Assembly: GCF_006345805.1 (NCBI RefSeq)
Contig: NC_042998.1
Coordinates: 81,902,001 to 81,966,000 of the forward strand
Length of the DNA: 64,000 nucleotides
From: Octopus sinensis
Taxonomy: Eukaryota
Reading direction: 5' to 3'
This document shows positions 12,169-25,809 of this stretch, piece after piece (within the stretch, counting starts at the first letter, position 1; every line of letters starts with the position of its first letter). The position numbers and the translations under genes are program-made. The notes beneath the pieces were generated by a model, which had not been told where the DNA came from, searched no databases, and saw only the letters and a list, made by a program, of their open reading frames with translations.

Positions 12169-12281
12169 GACTTACGTCAGAGATCAGTTATTACAGCTTA
12201 GAACATTCATATTTCTAATAAATTCAAGTTAATTCATTTACTGTTTGCAACTCTAATAACTGCCCATCTCTGACGTAAGTC
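12169..12281. repeat. Inverted repeat (perfect 16 bp plus inner 12 bp arm), MITE-like
   Basis: GACTTACGTCAGAGAT (12169-12184) versus ATCTCTGACGTAAGTC (12266-12281). Inner CAGTTATTACAG versus CTCTAATAACTG. Confidence 0.75.
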
Positions 12282-12763
12282 GAAATCGGTTTGTGATTGG
12301 GTGGAAATTGCGCACAAGATTATATACAAGATAAAATTATTGCATCGGCTGTCTTCGCATCTAATGATTCTTGCAACAATTCCTTACTTAGTGATTGTCC
12401 ATATGACAGGAAGCAGATAGCCAGATATGTGTGGCATTATGTATTGGATTTCCATTTCTAAAATAGTAAAACTTTGATGATATATAGATGTATTTCCTTA
12501 AAAATATTAATTCCAACGTATTTCTCGATAAAGAATTCAGTGCACTACTTAAGACACCACACAGAATAGTGTATGCGTATTTCTACCTAACACTCAACAC
12601 ACAGAAGCCAGTGCTTTCTCACTAGCGGATAATCATTCATAGTACACACACATATGTATTTATTCATATATGTATATATATCCATACATATTTTATATAT
12701 ACATACATGTGTAAATATATACGTGTTTGTGAATGCATATATATGTGTGTGTGTGTGTGTGTG

Positions 12764-12794
<31 letters not shown>

Positions 12795-13025
12795 GTATAT
12801 AAATATAGTTCAAGTTTACAGCAAACAAAACACGAAGACAGGTGTGGGAAAATCAAGTCGCTACATTAGTTTGACGCTCGGGAAGGATGGAATAGTCTTT
12901 GACGTTTCGAGCCGACGCTCATCGACACAGAGGACAGAGGAAAAACAGAGAACGAAAAAAAAACAACAGAAAAATAAAAATGTGTAGGCATTAACGGTTC
13001 AACATGGTGAAAGAGGGAACGAGAG

Positions 13026-13078
<53 letters not shown>

Positions 13079-13199
13079 ATAATAGCAAAATTAGGTAGTG
13101 ATATATTCTGAATGTATATAAGATCATCAAGTATGAAATTTGTAGAAAAGAAAAAAAAGTTTCCAAATGTTTTATAAATACAAGGAATAGTTTTATTCA

Positions 13200-14050
13200 T
13201 CAAAGTACGCACCCATATTGTCAATACATTTGTGCCATTTCAGCGGTAGCTTGTCCAACCCAGAGCTTTAAAAGCCTGGCAATCTAGAGTCAATAAAATC
13301 TTGGAAGGCTTGTTTCACAGCATCGTCGGAATCAAAGTTTTTCCTATCAAAAATTTATCCAAATTCTGGAAGATGTGGTAGTCAGTGGGGGCAAGATTAG
13401 GTAAGGTGGATAACAGAAAACATCTATCTCAAACTCCTGTAGTTTCGTTGATGTCATTTCTGCGATGTGTGGTTTGGCGTTGTCTTGCAATAAAATAGAA
13501 GTGGATCTCTCGACTAATCTACGCTATTTTATTTGTAAGTTTCTGCATCATTTGGTCTAGATGGCTGCAGTATACTTCGGCCGTGGTTGATGAGCCAAGA
13601 TTAATGAAATCATAATGGATCACACCTGCGCCAGACCACCAAACACACTTCATCAGATTCTTTTGATGATTTTTGCTTTTTGGACTGTGTTTTGTGACTC
13701 GTCTTTGTTCAAAACTTGTGCTCAACGTTTACGGTTGTTGTATTGGCTCCATTTCTCAACACGTTACAATTCGATTGAAAAATTATTCATTTTTTGTAAC
13801 GAGAAGTAGCATAATGCAGATTTCGAAACGTTGCTGTTTGTGATTTTCATTGAGCTCATGTGGAACGCACTTAGGCAACCTTTTCACTTTACCGATTTGA
13901 ACTGAGTCAATATTGTTAGCTTACTAACACCAAACAACAACGATAATTCTCGGGCACTTTGAGATGAATCTGAATCGACGGTTGCTTTCAACTGCGTTGC
14001 TCATTTTTGAAGTCAAAGTTACCAGAACGAAATTTTGCTAACCAATTTGA
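13200..14050 (-). mobile_element. Decayed mariner (Tc1/mariner, DD34D type) transposon
   Basis: KNLMKCVWWSGAGVIHYDF...TAEVYCSHLDQM and PNLAPTDYHIFQNLDKFL...KLPLKWHKCIDNMGAYFD on the minus strand. Deletions and stops. Confidence 0.85.
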
Positions 14051-15534
14051 TACTGTCTGCTGTATAATAACATTAGAATGAAATACTCCTTCCAAGAAAG
14101 AACTCTTGTTTCAAAACTGTACGAATTTCCATCTTATCCATCTCTAAATAAAAATAGCAAAAAACGATTTAGAACTAATTTATAAAGCACAAAATGAGTT
14201 AGAATAAAGAAATAGATGGGTCAGCTTTCTAAGAAAAAAATAAAGATTGTCAGAATTTGATAATGATGCAAAATGAGCAGTTGTCAAATTTTACCACATA
14301 CCTTACTAAAATTTCATACATGATGATCTAATAAAATGTGTTTTGAATAGTTTTCTTAAAAAGAGTTCTTAATCTCCTACTGGGTCAAAACATTTCCCTA
14401 TATGAAAGCATGAGCGTGGGCGTCTGTGCTCGTGCGTGCTCGTGCGCATATATGTGTGGAATGTGAATCTGTGTGTGCATCCATGTGAATTCCTCTCGAT
14501 GGTTAAGCTATTGTTGTAAAATTGTCCTTTGTAACACCTCCATTAGGGGATATGTAACACAGTTGTTGTGAATCAACAAAGATTTTTTTATAGAAATCTC
14601 TTTCGACATGTATATAAAATCAATTCCAATTGGCTTGTTCATTCAAGCAGAGAGTAAATAGTTTTGTACTATTAGTTATTTTTCAAAATTAGAATTCTTT
14701 TGTCAAAAGACGCTAAGTAGTTGCTGTAAGCGTTTGGTTATACTTAATGGTTTTTATGTAACAATTCCTTGGATTCAGACCCTTGAACTGTCTGCTTTGT
14801 GCAGCCTTTATATATCTTACTTATTTTAGTACTGAGCAGTAATAATCGTATTTGAAAAGTTGTCAGTGACACGTTGTGTTTTTGAGCATCATATCCATGG
14901 TGTTCTGAAGCTCTCTGGCCAAATTAATACGTACGTAGTTTAACACTGAAATTGTGGTTAATGTGGTCGCTATGGAATGAATATACATTTGATTGAAAGA
15001 TCTAATCAAACTAAGAGGAGTTTAAGGTAATAACCGACAGTTTGTCGATGTATTTACATTAATGTATTGAAATGTCATTTAGTACTTTACCCTCAAGTAA
15101 CATTTCGTGTCATGTAAATGTCGTTGACAATCACCTAGCGGGATGCTCTGATATTTGATTGTATGTTCACTGAATTTCTGACAACGTTGACATGATACTG
15201 TAGTTGTGCTTGAGGATGTATCTGTTACTCACTCTCTTGGACTCGCATTCATTCTCACAGCATTGAATTTCTGTCCGGAAGTGAATATGTTCCTAAAGGT
15301 CTGGTTTACTTTTAGTCTGGTTTCTCTATTTTCAATTTGTAATTGTTTAGTTTTGACGGTTTAATCATTTTCATGCGTCTGTCTGTGTCTCAAGTAGTTG
15401 CGTCGCTTTCATATATACTATTCTATTGAAAAACATTTCTAAGCGACAGAATTAGAAGGAGCACCAATCAAAACATTATTAGTATGTGGTGTTATATTTC
15501 GAGATTTGGGGGTTGCCGATACACAGTATTTTAG

Positions 15535-15599
<65 letters not shown>

Positions 15600-15661
15600 C
15601 ATACATAGATACATACATACATACATGCATACATACATACATACATACATACATACATACA

Positions 15662-15693
<32 letters not shown>

Positions 15694-15705
15694 CATACAT
15701 ACATA
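15535..15705. repeat. Compound (TAGA)n-(TACA)n microsatellite
   Basis: Directly visible. Confidence 0.95.
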
Positions 15706-15769
15706 GAGAGGAGGAGAGGGAGGGCAAGAGGAGAGAACGTGCGTGCGAGAGAGAGAAAGAACTCTGTAG

Positions 15770-17250
15770 AGGTTGCTCTCTTCCCTGTTGCTATGTAGTC
15801 TTTCAAGTTTATTCTATATCGAAATTCTATTATTATTTTCTGCAACTATGTTTGAAAATGTACCATGCAAAGCCTTCTTTTGCCAGTCAGATAACCTTGC
15901 TTCTTTTGTCTGACTTTTAATTACATTTGGCGTTCTGGATTCTATATCTCCTACTGTTACATTAGCATATCTACATAAAATTTCCGCGCTGTTTCCTATA
16001 TAGGAATCTATATCTGCTCTAGCTAACTCCACACAATCACCTATAGATTTTAAACCACCGCGACAATCTTTTCTCAGTAGATAATATCTTGCTACTCCTG
16101 TTCTAGGATGAAGTCCTCCATTCATATTAAACTACTTATAAGTTCTTCAGTCTAGCTTTGCTAATTCATATTTTGTCCAATCTACAAAAGCTACTAAATA
16201 TCTAAGTAACGACGCTGCCAAATATTCACAAACTTCACTAGATTCGCACCATTCAGCTTTGACTCTATTAACTTCTTTAACCATACCGCATCCCCATTAT
16301 GATTAACTAGCTTATCCCAAATATCATTCCAAGATTTTCTAGCTTGTTACTTATTAGGTTTCACTCCTATAGTACATTCTTCTACACTGTTTATTTGGCC
16401 ATAAAATCTCCTCCGATCTGTCTCAAGCAATATGTTCTGTTGACAGTGATCTATTCTTTTCTGATATCCGGAAAGCTTACTGATAGCTGTTGCTGAGATA
16501 CGCTGTTTCAGCTCTTCCATGACTATCCCAAAGGCTTTCTCTTTGGTTACGTATTGTATCCCAAGGGAAAATTAAACTCTTGTTCTCTAATTTGCCCTGT
16601 TTTCACGCCTCTATTTTATTCCGCTTTTGTCTCAAAGTTTTCACTTTATTTTCTAATATCCGTTTCTACGACATGGCGACGTGGTGATCTTATTAACATA
16701 CAAAATGCAAGCTCTTCCATGTGGTGTCCAGTTAGAATTGTCTTCAGGTCGAGTGCCCCAGTCAAATGGTCCCCGCACTGTGTATATCCATATTAGCGCA
16801 TCTACTCGTATTGCCTCCAATTTATGCTCTTCAATTTCATCCAGTCTCACTTTTTCACGTTTTATCCAGTGAGCTTCAACATTATATTATTTTGTGTTGC
16901 TCCATATCTTCTTCCAGAACTCTTCCATTTCTTTAGTCTGAGGTGGCTCCTTTATTTCTATCTTGCTTTTACTAACTCCCCTTTAAAATTTTTTTGCATC
17001 CGTCTTGAATACCTTGTTTCGTCAATAAAATTTGATTTTTTTGTCATCCCCTCTGCGCCGTTGGACTTTCAGTTGTATTCGTTATTTTACTTATTCCTTG
17101 ATTGTGGGGAGTTTTATGAAAATTTGATATTTTTATATTTTTGCCTGATTTTTCTAGTTTGCGTATACTTGGACTGCATAGAAAGCTTTCTATAATCCTC
17201 TCTATTCCCTATAGTCACTATAATCTCTAGTCACTCTAATCCTTTCTAGT
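15770..17250 (-). mobile_element. Decayed, internally deleted Dong/R4-like RLE retrotransposon fragments (probably two subfamilies)
   Basis: GLHPRTGVARYYLLRKDCRGGLKSIGDC...WQKKALHGTF (post-RT region). Pre-RT segments at about 16200-16600 and 16830-17230. RT core absent. Confidence 0.65.
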
Positions 17251-17674
17251 CCATTTTATGTGTTTTGCTTTAGGTGGTGTCTTCGGTGGTGTCACTACAT
17301 GTCTAGGGTTAGAGTTATCCTGGTTCTGATTACACGGTAGTTCGTTTTTTGAGAATTTGTTTCAGTAGCAGAGTCTGCTGCACACGGATGCACGGACCGT
17401 TGCGTGTATAAGTAATTATTCAATTTGCGTACTGACTGTGTAATCAGTGTATTTTTCCAGGGTTCTTGGTGCTGGTTTCGACGTTTTGCCTTTCACGCAT
17501 TTAAAAATTAAACTACCGATTTTTTAGTTCCTTTGCTTTAAAAGGAATTTTCCCAAAGTTGTATCGCAAAGTTTTCCTTCCATTGTAATTGGATTAAGAT
17601 TGTTTTGTGGAGAGAGCTTCTTAGTGTACATCAATGTTGTCATTTAGCCCGGAGCTATTCCTTATCATCATCAT

Positions 17675-20160
17675 TATTATTATTATTATTATTATTATTT
17701 CCTTTGCGCAGCTTCTAACACTAGAGATGTACTACAGTGTCAGCTGTTCAGTACCAGTGAACTAAGGTAACACCTGTTATTTTTCGAGCACCTTCATGAG
17801 TATTCGAGCAGTTCGAAGCGGTGCTGTTTTCTGCAAGTGCTCCACCCTTATTGCAGCCCATATTTTTTCCACGTACTTCTCGAGATTTTTAATCACTGTT
17901 CTCAGGGCTCCGACGATTATTGGGATTACTGCTACCTTTTTCATCAACCACAACTGCTTAACTTCCCAAGCTAACCTGTCATATCTCTTGACTTTTCTTT
18001 CTTCATTATCGCATACCTTGTTGTCAGCTGGGCATACTATATCTATGATCCAGCATAGTTTGTTTTCTTTCTTAATTTAGACTATGTCCGGCTTCCTATT
18101 CTCTATCTCCTGGTCGCACTGAATCACGAAATCCCATAGGATATTTGCATTTCCATTTTCAACAATACCTTCAGATTTGTGGTCGTACCAATTTTTTGCT
18201 CTGTCGAGTCCATCCTTGTTCCAAAGTGTCCAATGGACAAGCCTGGCTATATTGTCGTGGCGTCTCTTATATTCCTTCTGAGCTAGTGGCGTACATTGGC
18301 TGGCAATATGCCATAAGGTTTCTCCTATTTGGCCACAGATTCTACACTTATCACTTTCTGCAGTGTTGTCTATTCTGTATTTTATGTAATTTGTTCTTAA
18401 TGCTTGCTCTTGGGCAGCAAAGATTAGAGCCTTCGTTTCTGGTTTTAAATCACGTTTAGTCATCCACAGCCATCTTTCTTTCTCTGACTGTCGTATCTTC
18501 AACATCCTTATTTTCAGTTTCATTCATTTTCAATTTCTTGTATAGTGCTTTATGTTTGCAATCTTTCACCATACATAGGCCGGACCTTCCTACTTCTAAT
18601 AATAGCGGTTCTGTGGCATCTTTTTTACATATCATGCTATGTTGTTTTCTTCTGCTCTAATGTTGTGTTCACATCCAATAAGTCCTCTTCCCCCTTTTTT
18701 CTTGGTACATACAGTCTGTCTATGTCACTTTTGGTTACAATGACCCATATCTAGTTAGCAACTTTCTTGTCCTTCTGTCTAAGCTGTTTAGTTCGTCTAC
18801 TGTCCTTTCGATTACCCCTGCTCCATATCTAAAGAGTGAAACCACCCAGGTGTTGATAGCTTCGATCTTATTCCATCCATTTAATTTCGACTTAAGGATC
18901 AGTCTCAGTCTGCGCAAATACTCCACCTTAAATTTTTCTGTCGTTTCTTTCTCCATCAAATGATCCACTTCCAATGTCCCCAAGTACTTATAGCCTGTCT
19001 CTTCTATTTGTTTCATAACTTCCTCTGACAGTGTCGCTATGCCGTCCATACATTTGATTTTGCCTCTCGTCAAGACTAACACACCACACTTTTTCAGTCC
19101 GCACTCCATTCTGATATCAGCACTGAAGGTATACACCGCATCAACGAGGGAACTGATTTAGGATCCATCTTTCCCTTAAAGTCTGAGATCATCCATGAAT
19201 AACAAGTGGTTAACTTTTTGTTGGCAGCTCTTGAATACATACCCATCCTTCGCTTTCCTCAGAATCAGTATTAGTGGTATAATGTACAGTAGAAAGATCA
19301 ATGGGGAGAGGCAATCCCCTTGGAAGATGCTTCTCCTGATGTCTATTGCCCCTAAACTTCTTCCATATGCTGACCGTTCCGTCATCCACTTCGCCACACT
19401 TTTTTCCAAGCATTCGCTCAAGATTCGGTGCAATACCAACAAAGGTCATACATTCCATAATCCAAGAATGTGGGATCATATCGTACATCTTACGATAATC
19501 GATCCATGGCATGGCTAAGTTAGTTTTCCTCCTCTTGTAGTTTCTAAGTACAATTTTGTCTACCAGGAGTTGATACTTGGTACCTCTGCACTTATACTTG
19601 CAAACCTTCTGCTCATATGACAGGAATCGGTTTTTTTCCCCCAGATACCCGTACATTGACTCTACGACTATTCCAGTTATTAATTTCCACATAAGTGGCA
19701 ACCAGGATAACAGCTAGTGATTGTCTACCATATTGTGTATTCCGATGTTTTTCCAGTACAGCACTCTGGTGTTATTTGGTCGGCTTTTAACTAGGTTTAG
19801 AGCTGTGCAGATATTTGTGCATGACATTCACCAAATCTTTTGATCCAGTAGTCTTGAAGTCCATCTGGTCCCGGGGCCTTCCAGTTGCCCATTTGTTGCT
19901 GATTTCCTTCCCTTCCTTGACTGAAATTACTAGTTCTGCTTGTTTTGGACAGAATACTATTTGTTTCAGTTCATGCAACAATGTATTCAGCATCTTTATT
20001 GAACTCCTTGTCTTTGCTCCGGGTGTCACTCCAAAACATTTGACTGTCGATGTTATCTGGTATCAACTGTTTATCTGTACACTCTCCATTTATTTCTTTG
20101 TAGAATCTCTACTCATCTACTCTGAATAACCAACTCTGCTGGTATCCCTTCATTCTTTGG
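17675..20160 (-). mobile_element. Dong/R4-like RLE retrotransposon, decayed, with (TAA)n tail
   Basis: PWIDYRKMYDMIPH, IFQGDCLSPLIF, LLFMDDL (RT); CRICGQIGETLWHIASQC and RRHD; RKPDIV (RLE). (ATT)n at about 17675-17699 on the plus strand. Confidence 0.9.
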
Positions 20161-20534
20161 CCTTATCTTACCATCTTATCTTACCACACATGTATACATA
20201 CACACACATGCATACATACTTACATAAACACATACATACGTGCGTGCATGCATGCATGCATAGGCACACACACATACACACACTGACCCACTCATGCGCA
20301 CAAAAAAACAAAAAGGAAGACTATAGTCAAGACTATTGAAACGGTTGCAAGACGCAACGAAAATTTTAGGAAAATAAAAATAAAAAATAAGTGGAAATTT
20401 TACTAGTGAGTGTCTTAAATTATAAGGCACAAAAAGAAAATGACTCTCCCCAGACAACACAATATGCTTCAAAATACGAAGTCACATAAAGAATCTTGCA
20501 AACTAAATCCCAAAACGAAATATACATACATATA

Positions 20535-20574
<40 letters not shown>

Positions 20575-20764
20575 CATATAAAAGTAAATAAATGGTACAA
20601 CAAGACACCGATATTTACTGGAAACTAGCAATCGTAATAAATACGACGCTATTGTATAGCTTCACTGCGTATATACGAGCAAAGACGTGTGTGTGCAACA
20701 AACATGAAAACATTTGTCTTACCTCTAGGAAGAACAACTGAAAATGGAAAACCTAGAATCGGAT

Positions 20765-20836
20765 AATGCGAGACCGGTTTCAGACTCTTCAAATACGTTT
20801 GACAACGTAGATTTGATTTGTCTTCATCAGCTGCAT
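20765..20836 (-). ncRNA. Type I hammerhead ribozyme motif with long helix II
   Basis: Minus strand reads atgcag CUGAUGA AGAC-aaa-UCAAA-uc-UACGUU gtca AACGUA-UUUGA-aga-GUCU GAAAC CG GUC ucgcau. Complete core, paired helix II, palindromic helix III (ACCGGU). Helix I has one mismatch. Confidence 0.7.
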
Positions 20837-22806
20837 ATATCTGGACAATATTTCAAATGTTGCCACATCTATGCCAGTACACTCGTCTGAACGCCAAAAC
20901 GTTAACAGAACGATAACAGTGAAGAAGTTTCAATGAAAATAATAATGCAATACGAAAGTATTGCTTTCCAGTAAAAGATAGCCCGTAGGGGTAATGTTCA
21001 CCTCGTCGAACTTTTGAATTTATGAATCTTTTTTCTTTACAATTTTTCTTTCTTTTTGTAAATTGTGCTGTGATTTACAGTTTTTTTAATTGTGCATTCT
21101 AGTCAGAACAGCAAAGAACACATCCAGCCGCTGTCAAAGCAGGCGCTATTATCATTATTATTATTATTACTATTTTTACTTTCTTTCTTCAAATTTTCTT
21201 CCGTTTCTTGCCGTGTGTTTTCCGTATACCAAGGGCAGAAAAGCACATTGTATGCATTCCCACATTACACACACAAATTCACAGGTAAAATATGTATTTT
21301 AAAAATTAATAAATAAATAAATCCATAGTTCTCTTTGACGTGGATTGCTCTGGCGTTAATGAAGATCAATATCATGAAGTTAGGTATTACCTATACAGAG
21401 AAGCAAGAATTGCGCAACATATTATAGGAAATGACAGACATCTGCCAGCAGAGATTACGCTGGCAATGTTGATAAAAGCAATAGCAGGTGTTTTAATCGT
21501 TTTCGCTTTCGTAGTTTCTAGTTTTCGTATCGAAAATGTCCGTCATGTTAGAGATGTTTCATTTACACTCGCACATATACAACGTTAATTCTCTTAATAT
21601 AACTATTATCATAGCAGTATCTAGTTTATGTTGTCTGATAAATGTTATTAAATATCTACTATGACGTAAATGTAAACTTTGTTTTGTTTGTTTCCAGTTT
21701 ATGTAAGATGGTTCTACTGCAATTTCCTACATGTCACATTTCACATGGTGACTGCGTCACTATATTCAGGTTTCAATAACACCGTATTACTAGAAGCATG
21801 GTTATTCTTCTTATTTTCATTTATCCCAGATCAGCACTGTTCGAGAATTTATGGAATCTAAGGCATTTCATTTGAAACAATTCGATACTTTACATAAAGT
21901 AGTACATTTATGTCTGTATTAGCAAATGTGTTCATTTTTAAGGTGATACGACATGATTTGAGGGATATTGGTTTACTATTTCTAACAAATAAAGAAACAA
22001 GATACATTTGTTGTTTCGTCTGGTATAACTCTTTATTAAGTTATATGACCTAAAACATTGTTAAGAAATCCTCTTTTATTTGTGTGTGTTGCGGAAAAAT
22101 CTGCTCAATATATTACTCATTACAACAGTAAAGACAACGCTCGATAAATTACATTATACTACAATATACTTTGAAAACAAATTTTGTGTTCAGGTTTGAT
22201 TAGCAAAAAGTCATTTATGGGAACAGTGTTATTTTCCATAACTTCGTTTTTCTATTTCAATGGCACCATGCACATTTGCTGACAAATATATATCTTTCTT
22301 TAAGCTTTTATATTTGCCAGTCTAACATTAGTAGGTATCTTTACAGACATCTGGCAATGAATTTCGGTGTTGATTGCAGCATAAGGAGCTTAGTAAAATC
22401 GAAAGCTCTATGTCATTTTCTTACTTCCTTGCAGTTAAGTATAGAATAGAATCCTAGAATCCTAGAAAGGGGAACCTGGTTACCTTTGAAATGTTTGCCT
22501 AAATGTCTCTCTTAGCAAAACTTCATTCATATAGCTGTTTTCATTTGCTTCTTCAAGGAAGGCTTTATGTCTAAGAATTCTCTCCTTGGCTGTACTGCTT
22601 CCCAATATAGAAATGAAGATTCGTAGTGTTAATTATATTATACCGGAATGCATCGTCATAATCATCACTTTCTTTATATTTAATAAGGAATTTATATATT
22701 CCAGCTAGTTTTAATCAGTTACAAGCTGACATCGACTGCGTGACATAATTCAAAAAGGCTATTGTTTTAAACGATGAGATCAACATAAAGGTACTTTATT
22801 CTGTGG

Positions 22807-22842
<36 letters not shown>

Positions 22843-23445
22843 GCGTGAGAGAGATCAATACCATTCAATATACACATTATTTATTTCATGGAGTGAAAAC
22901 ACAATAAACTGGAAATTCTATATATCAAGCCTGGTGTTTCCAACCAATATTTGAAACTCAGGTATACAACATAGAAGGTCTATTCAGAAAACAAAACAAA
23001 ACAAAACAAAAACACGCAAAGAAAAACAAAGAAAATCAACGGGAAAGATGCTGGTCTTTGAAAAGACACTACGAAAAAGGAGAAGAGGAAGATAAAGGTG
23101 AAAAGTGGAAAGAGAAAACAGTAAAAAGTTGAAGGAGATAAGGAAAAGAGAAAATAAGAGGTGAATCGTTTTGACTGTTCAGATTTGATTTAGTATGGCT
23201 TGTATAATTTCATTCAACGGGGAAAATTAAAGTCTATGAGAAGCCATGCTGAATCTGGAGAGGGTGATGACCTCTAGTTCAACAAAAGAAATGTGTCCAT
23301 ATGTTTAGATTTAATAAAAATTTTGGATTAATAACATACATATATTATAGAAAGATCGACAGATATAGATATATAGTTATACATATGCATATATAGGTTT
23401 TATACACAGTGAAAATGTATGCATATATATGCTTGCATAGATGTA

Positions 23446-24640
23446 CGTGGTCAGATCAATAAGTATCCAGACGGTTGCCCTAGTAACGAGCTAAAGCACA
23501 CAGACTGAAGCCACGTGGCACAGATTGACCGTAAACTCTGCTGCGCAAGCACTTCCACTGCTTACAACAATGTTTGGAAGGAAAGTGTGAAGCGTGTGAT
23601 CGTCGCATTGACCAAATCCAGAGAGAGTTGAGCAGAAAATCGGCATCAAATTTTGGCAAAAGTTTGGCGATTCCTGCTCAAATGCCTACAAGATGTTGCA
23701 AAAGGTGTATAGAGAGGAGGATATCAGCCACACACAACTATACAAGTGGTTCAGAGTTTCCAAGATGGCCGAAAAATGTCGATAGAGACGAACGTTCTGG
23801 GACACTTGCAACCAGTAGAACTGAGAAAAACATAGCAGATGTGCATTCAGCTTTGTGGGGAAATCATCGAATCACAATCCGTGAGTATCAGCGGATTTCA
23901 GATTAGTTACGGTTCAGTTCAATCTACCATTGTCACTGAGGATTTGTGCCAAAACTGCTTTCAGCTGACCAAAAAGACACTCGGGATTCAGTTGCACAAG
24001 ATCTCCTTGATTGTGCCGAGAACGATGAAAAGGTTTTGAAAACGGTCAAAACGAGTAAGAAATCGTGAATCTATAGCTATGACCCCGAAACAAAGGCTCA
24101 ATGTTGGTAGTGGATAACCCCAACATCTCATGAGTCGAAGCAATATAAAGACACTGTTGACTTTTTTATTCGACTACAGGGGGATTGTTCCGTAAATAAG
24201 GAGTACTACCGTGACATTTTGCGGCGTTTACAGGATGCTATCCGTTGGGAAATGTCACAATCGCATGCGTCCAGTGAGTGGCAATTTCACCATGACAACG
24301 TACCAGCCTTCAGCGCAGTTTGTGTAACAGTTTTTGGATAGGCGCAGCAATTCCCAGTTCCGACAGCCACTGCATTCCCCAGATCTCGCTTCTTACGACT
24401 TTCCCCTGTTTCCAAAAATAAAATCTTGTTTGAAAGGAAGATTTCAGGACGTCGAGGAAATCCAAGTGCATGTCACGTGGCAGCTGCTGATTATCCCAGA
24501 AAACGAGTTCTAGGAATGCTTCCAGCAATTGTGTGTGGCTTCCGAAGGGGACGTTTTTGAGGGAGATTAAATGCAAAACTGTTACATGTTGTAGTTTTGC
24601 TTTTAGAGCACCAGTCCGGACATTTATAGACCGAACCTCG
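23446..24640 (+). mobile_element. Near full-length decayed mariner transposon with TIRs
   Basis: Left end (TA)CGTGGTCAGATCAATAAGTATCCAGAC imperfectly complementary to right end GTCCGGACATTTATAGACCGAACCTCG. Frameshifted transposase (IKFWQKFGDSCSNAYKMLQKVY, ERSG...HRITIRE, YDPETKAQ, FHHDNVPA, SPDLA-like). Confidence 0.85.
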
Positions 24641-25050
24641 AATGCGAATTTTGTAAACGAGATAAATTATGAGGCATTTAAAATTGTGTCACGCGGTTGC
24701 TTTCCTTATTTTGTGGCACTTTTCGTGTCACTGTGCAAACATATGACCAGAGATTTTGTAGGCACGCAATATTTACCTTTTACTCAGACATTGCTTACCC
24801 TAAACTACATTTTACATTTTCTGGCATTTTGAAACGAGGTAGTATATAGTTCAGGAAAAACAACTGATATTTAAAGCCGGTCGAGTGACGACGGTGAGAC
24901 CTCTTCATTAGCTCCTAAATATACATATCTTTGGCTTGCTTATAGTCATTAATTAATTCAATGATAATTTGGTAGTTTATACATACATACATACACACAT
25001 ACATACATACATACATACATACATACATACATACATGCATACATGCATAC

Positions 25051-25081
<31 letters not shown>

Positions 25082-25458
25082 CAGTGTACATTTAAACACA
25101 TAAGAGGCATCCATCATAGGGTTCCTTGCACGCTAGAGAGAACAGTTAACTTCCAACGCATTATTATGGATAAAATTTCGAAGGTAATAAAAAAGAAAAA
25201 CATTTACCATCTAACTCCTAGACTAATGGCTTCAGACTTTTTTTCAGCAAATAAAATAATTTGCTCGGCGAAGTCTTCTTTAGCAGGTATACCTTAGATT
25301 AAATATATACATACACGAGGCAATCCAGTATATGCCCCATGCTTATACATTCTAATTTTCTAAATCTACCGCGCAAGCGCAAGCTCCTTGCCGGCTTTTC
25401 AATTCGAAAATTATTCAAGAAAAAAATTATCCAATTCGAAAATTATCCAGAAAAAAAA

Positions 25459-25500
25459 TCGAATCCACATCCCTTTGTTTACAAAGGGATGTGGATTCGA
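25459..25500. repeat. Perfect 20-bp inverted repeat with 2-nt spacer
   Basis: TCGAATCCACATCCCTTTGT-TT-ACAAAGGGATGTGGATTCGA. Confidence 0.95.
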
Positions 25501-25676
25501 CTCCCACACGGATAGGAAAGCCTTCTTTTTACTTCGAGGGCTTTTTATGCCCCTTTATTAAACTATTTTCTTTAGTTATTTAAGCTTGTATGAAACAGCG
25601 CCATTATTATAATTATTTACAGGTTGGTAAACTCGGCGCCGTATAAAAAACCTTTCGCACTGAAAAGTATTTGTAC

Positions 25677-25728
<52 letters not shown>

Positions 25729-25744
25729 CATTTTGAATTTAGTT

Positions 25745-25809
25745 CACGGACCCCAGTACTACCTTTGTGTTCCACCAGGGGTCCGCGGATCCCAGGTTGG
25801 GAGCCACTG
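25745..25809 (-). mobile_element. hAT-like DNA transposon/MITE terminus
   Basis: Reverse complement CAGTGGCTCCCAACCTGGGATCCGCGGACCCC resembles the CAGTGGTTCCCAACC termini of Charlie-type hAT elements. Partner end not found. Confidence 0.5.

Noticed and set aside
21340-21898. 82-aa ORF with one hydrophobic stretch and a possible 69-nt exon (ISTVREFMESKAFHLKQFDTLHK)
   Set aside because: Non-ATG start for the ORF, weak donor (GTAGTA) for the exon, and no recognisable family.
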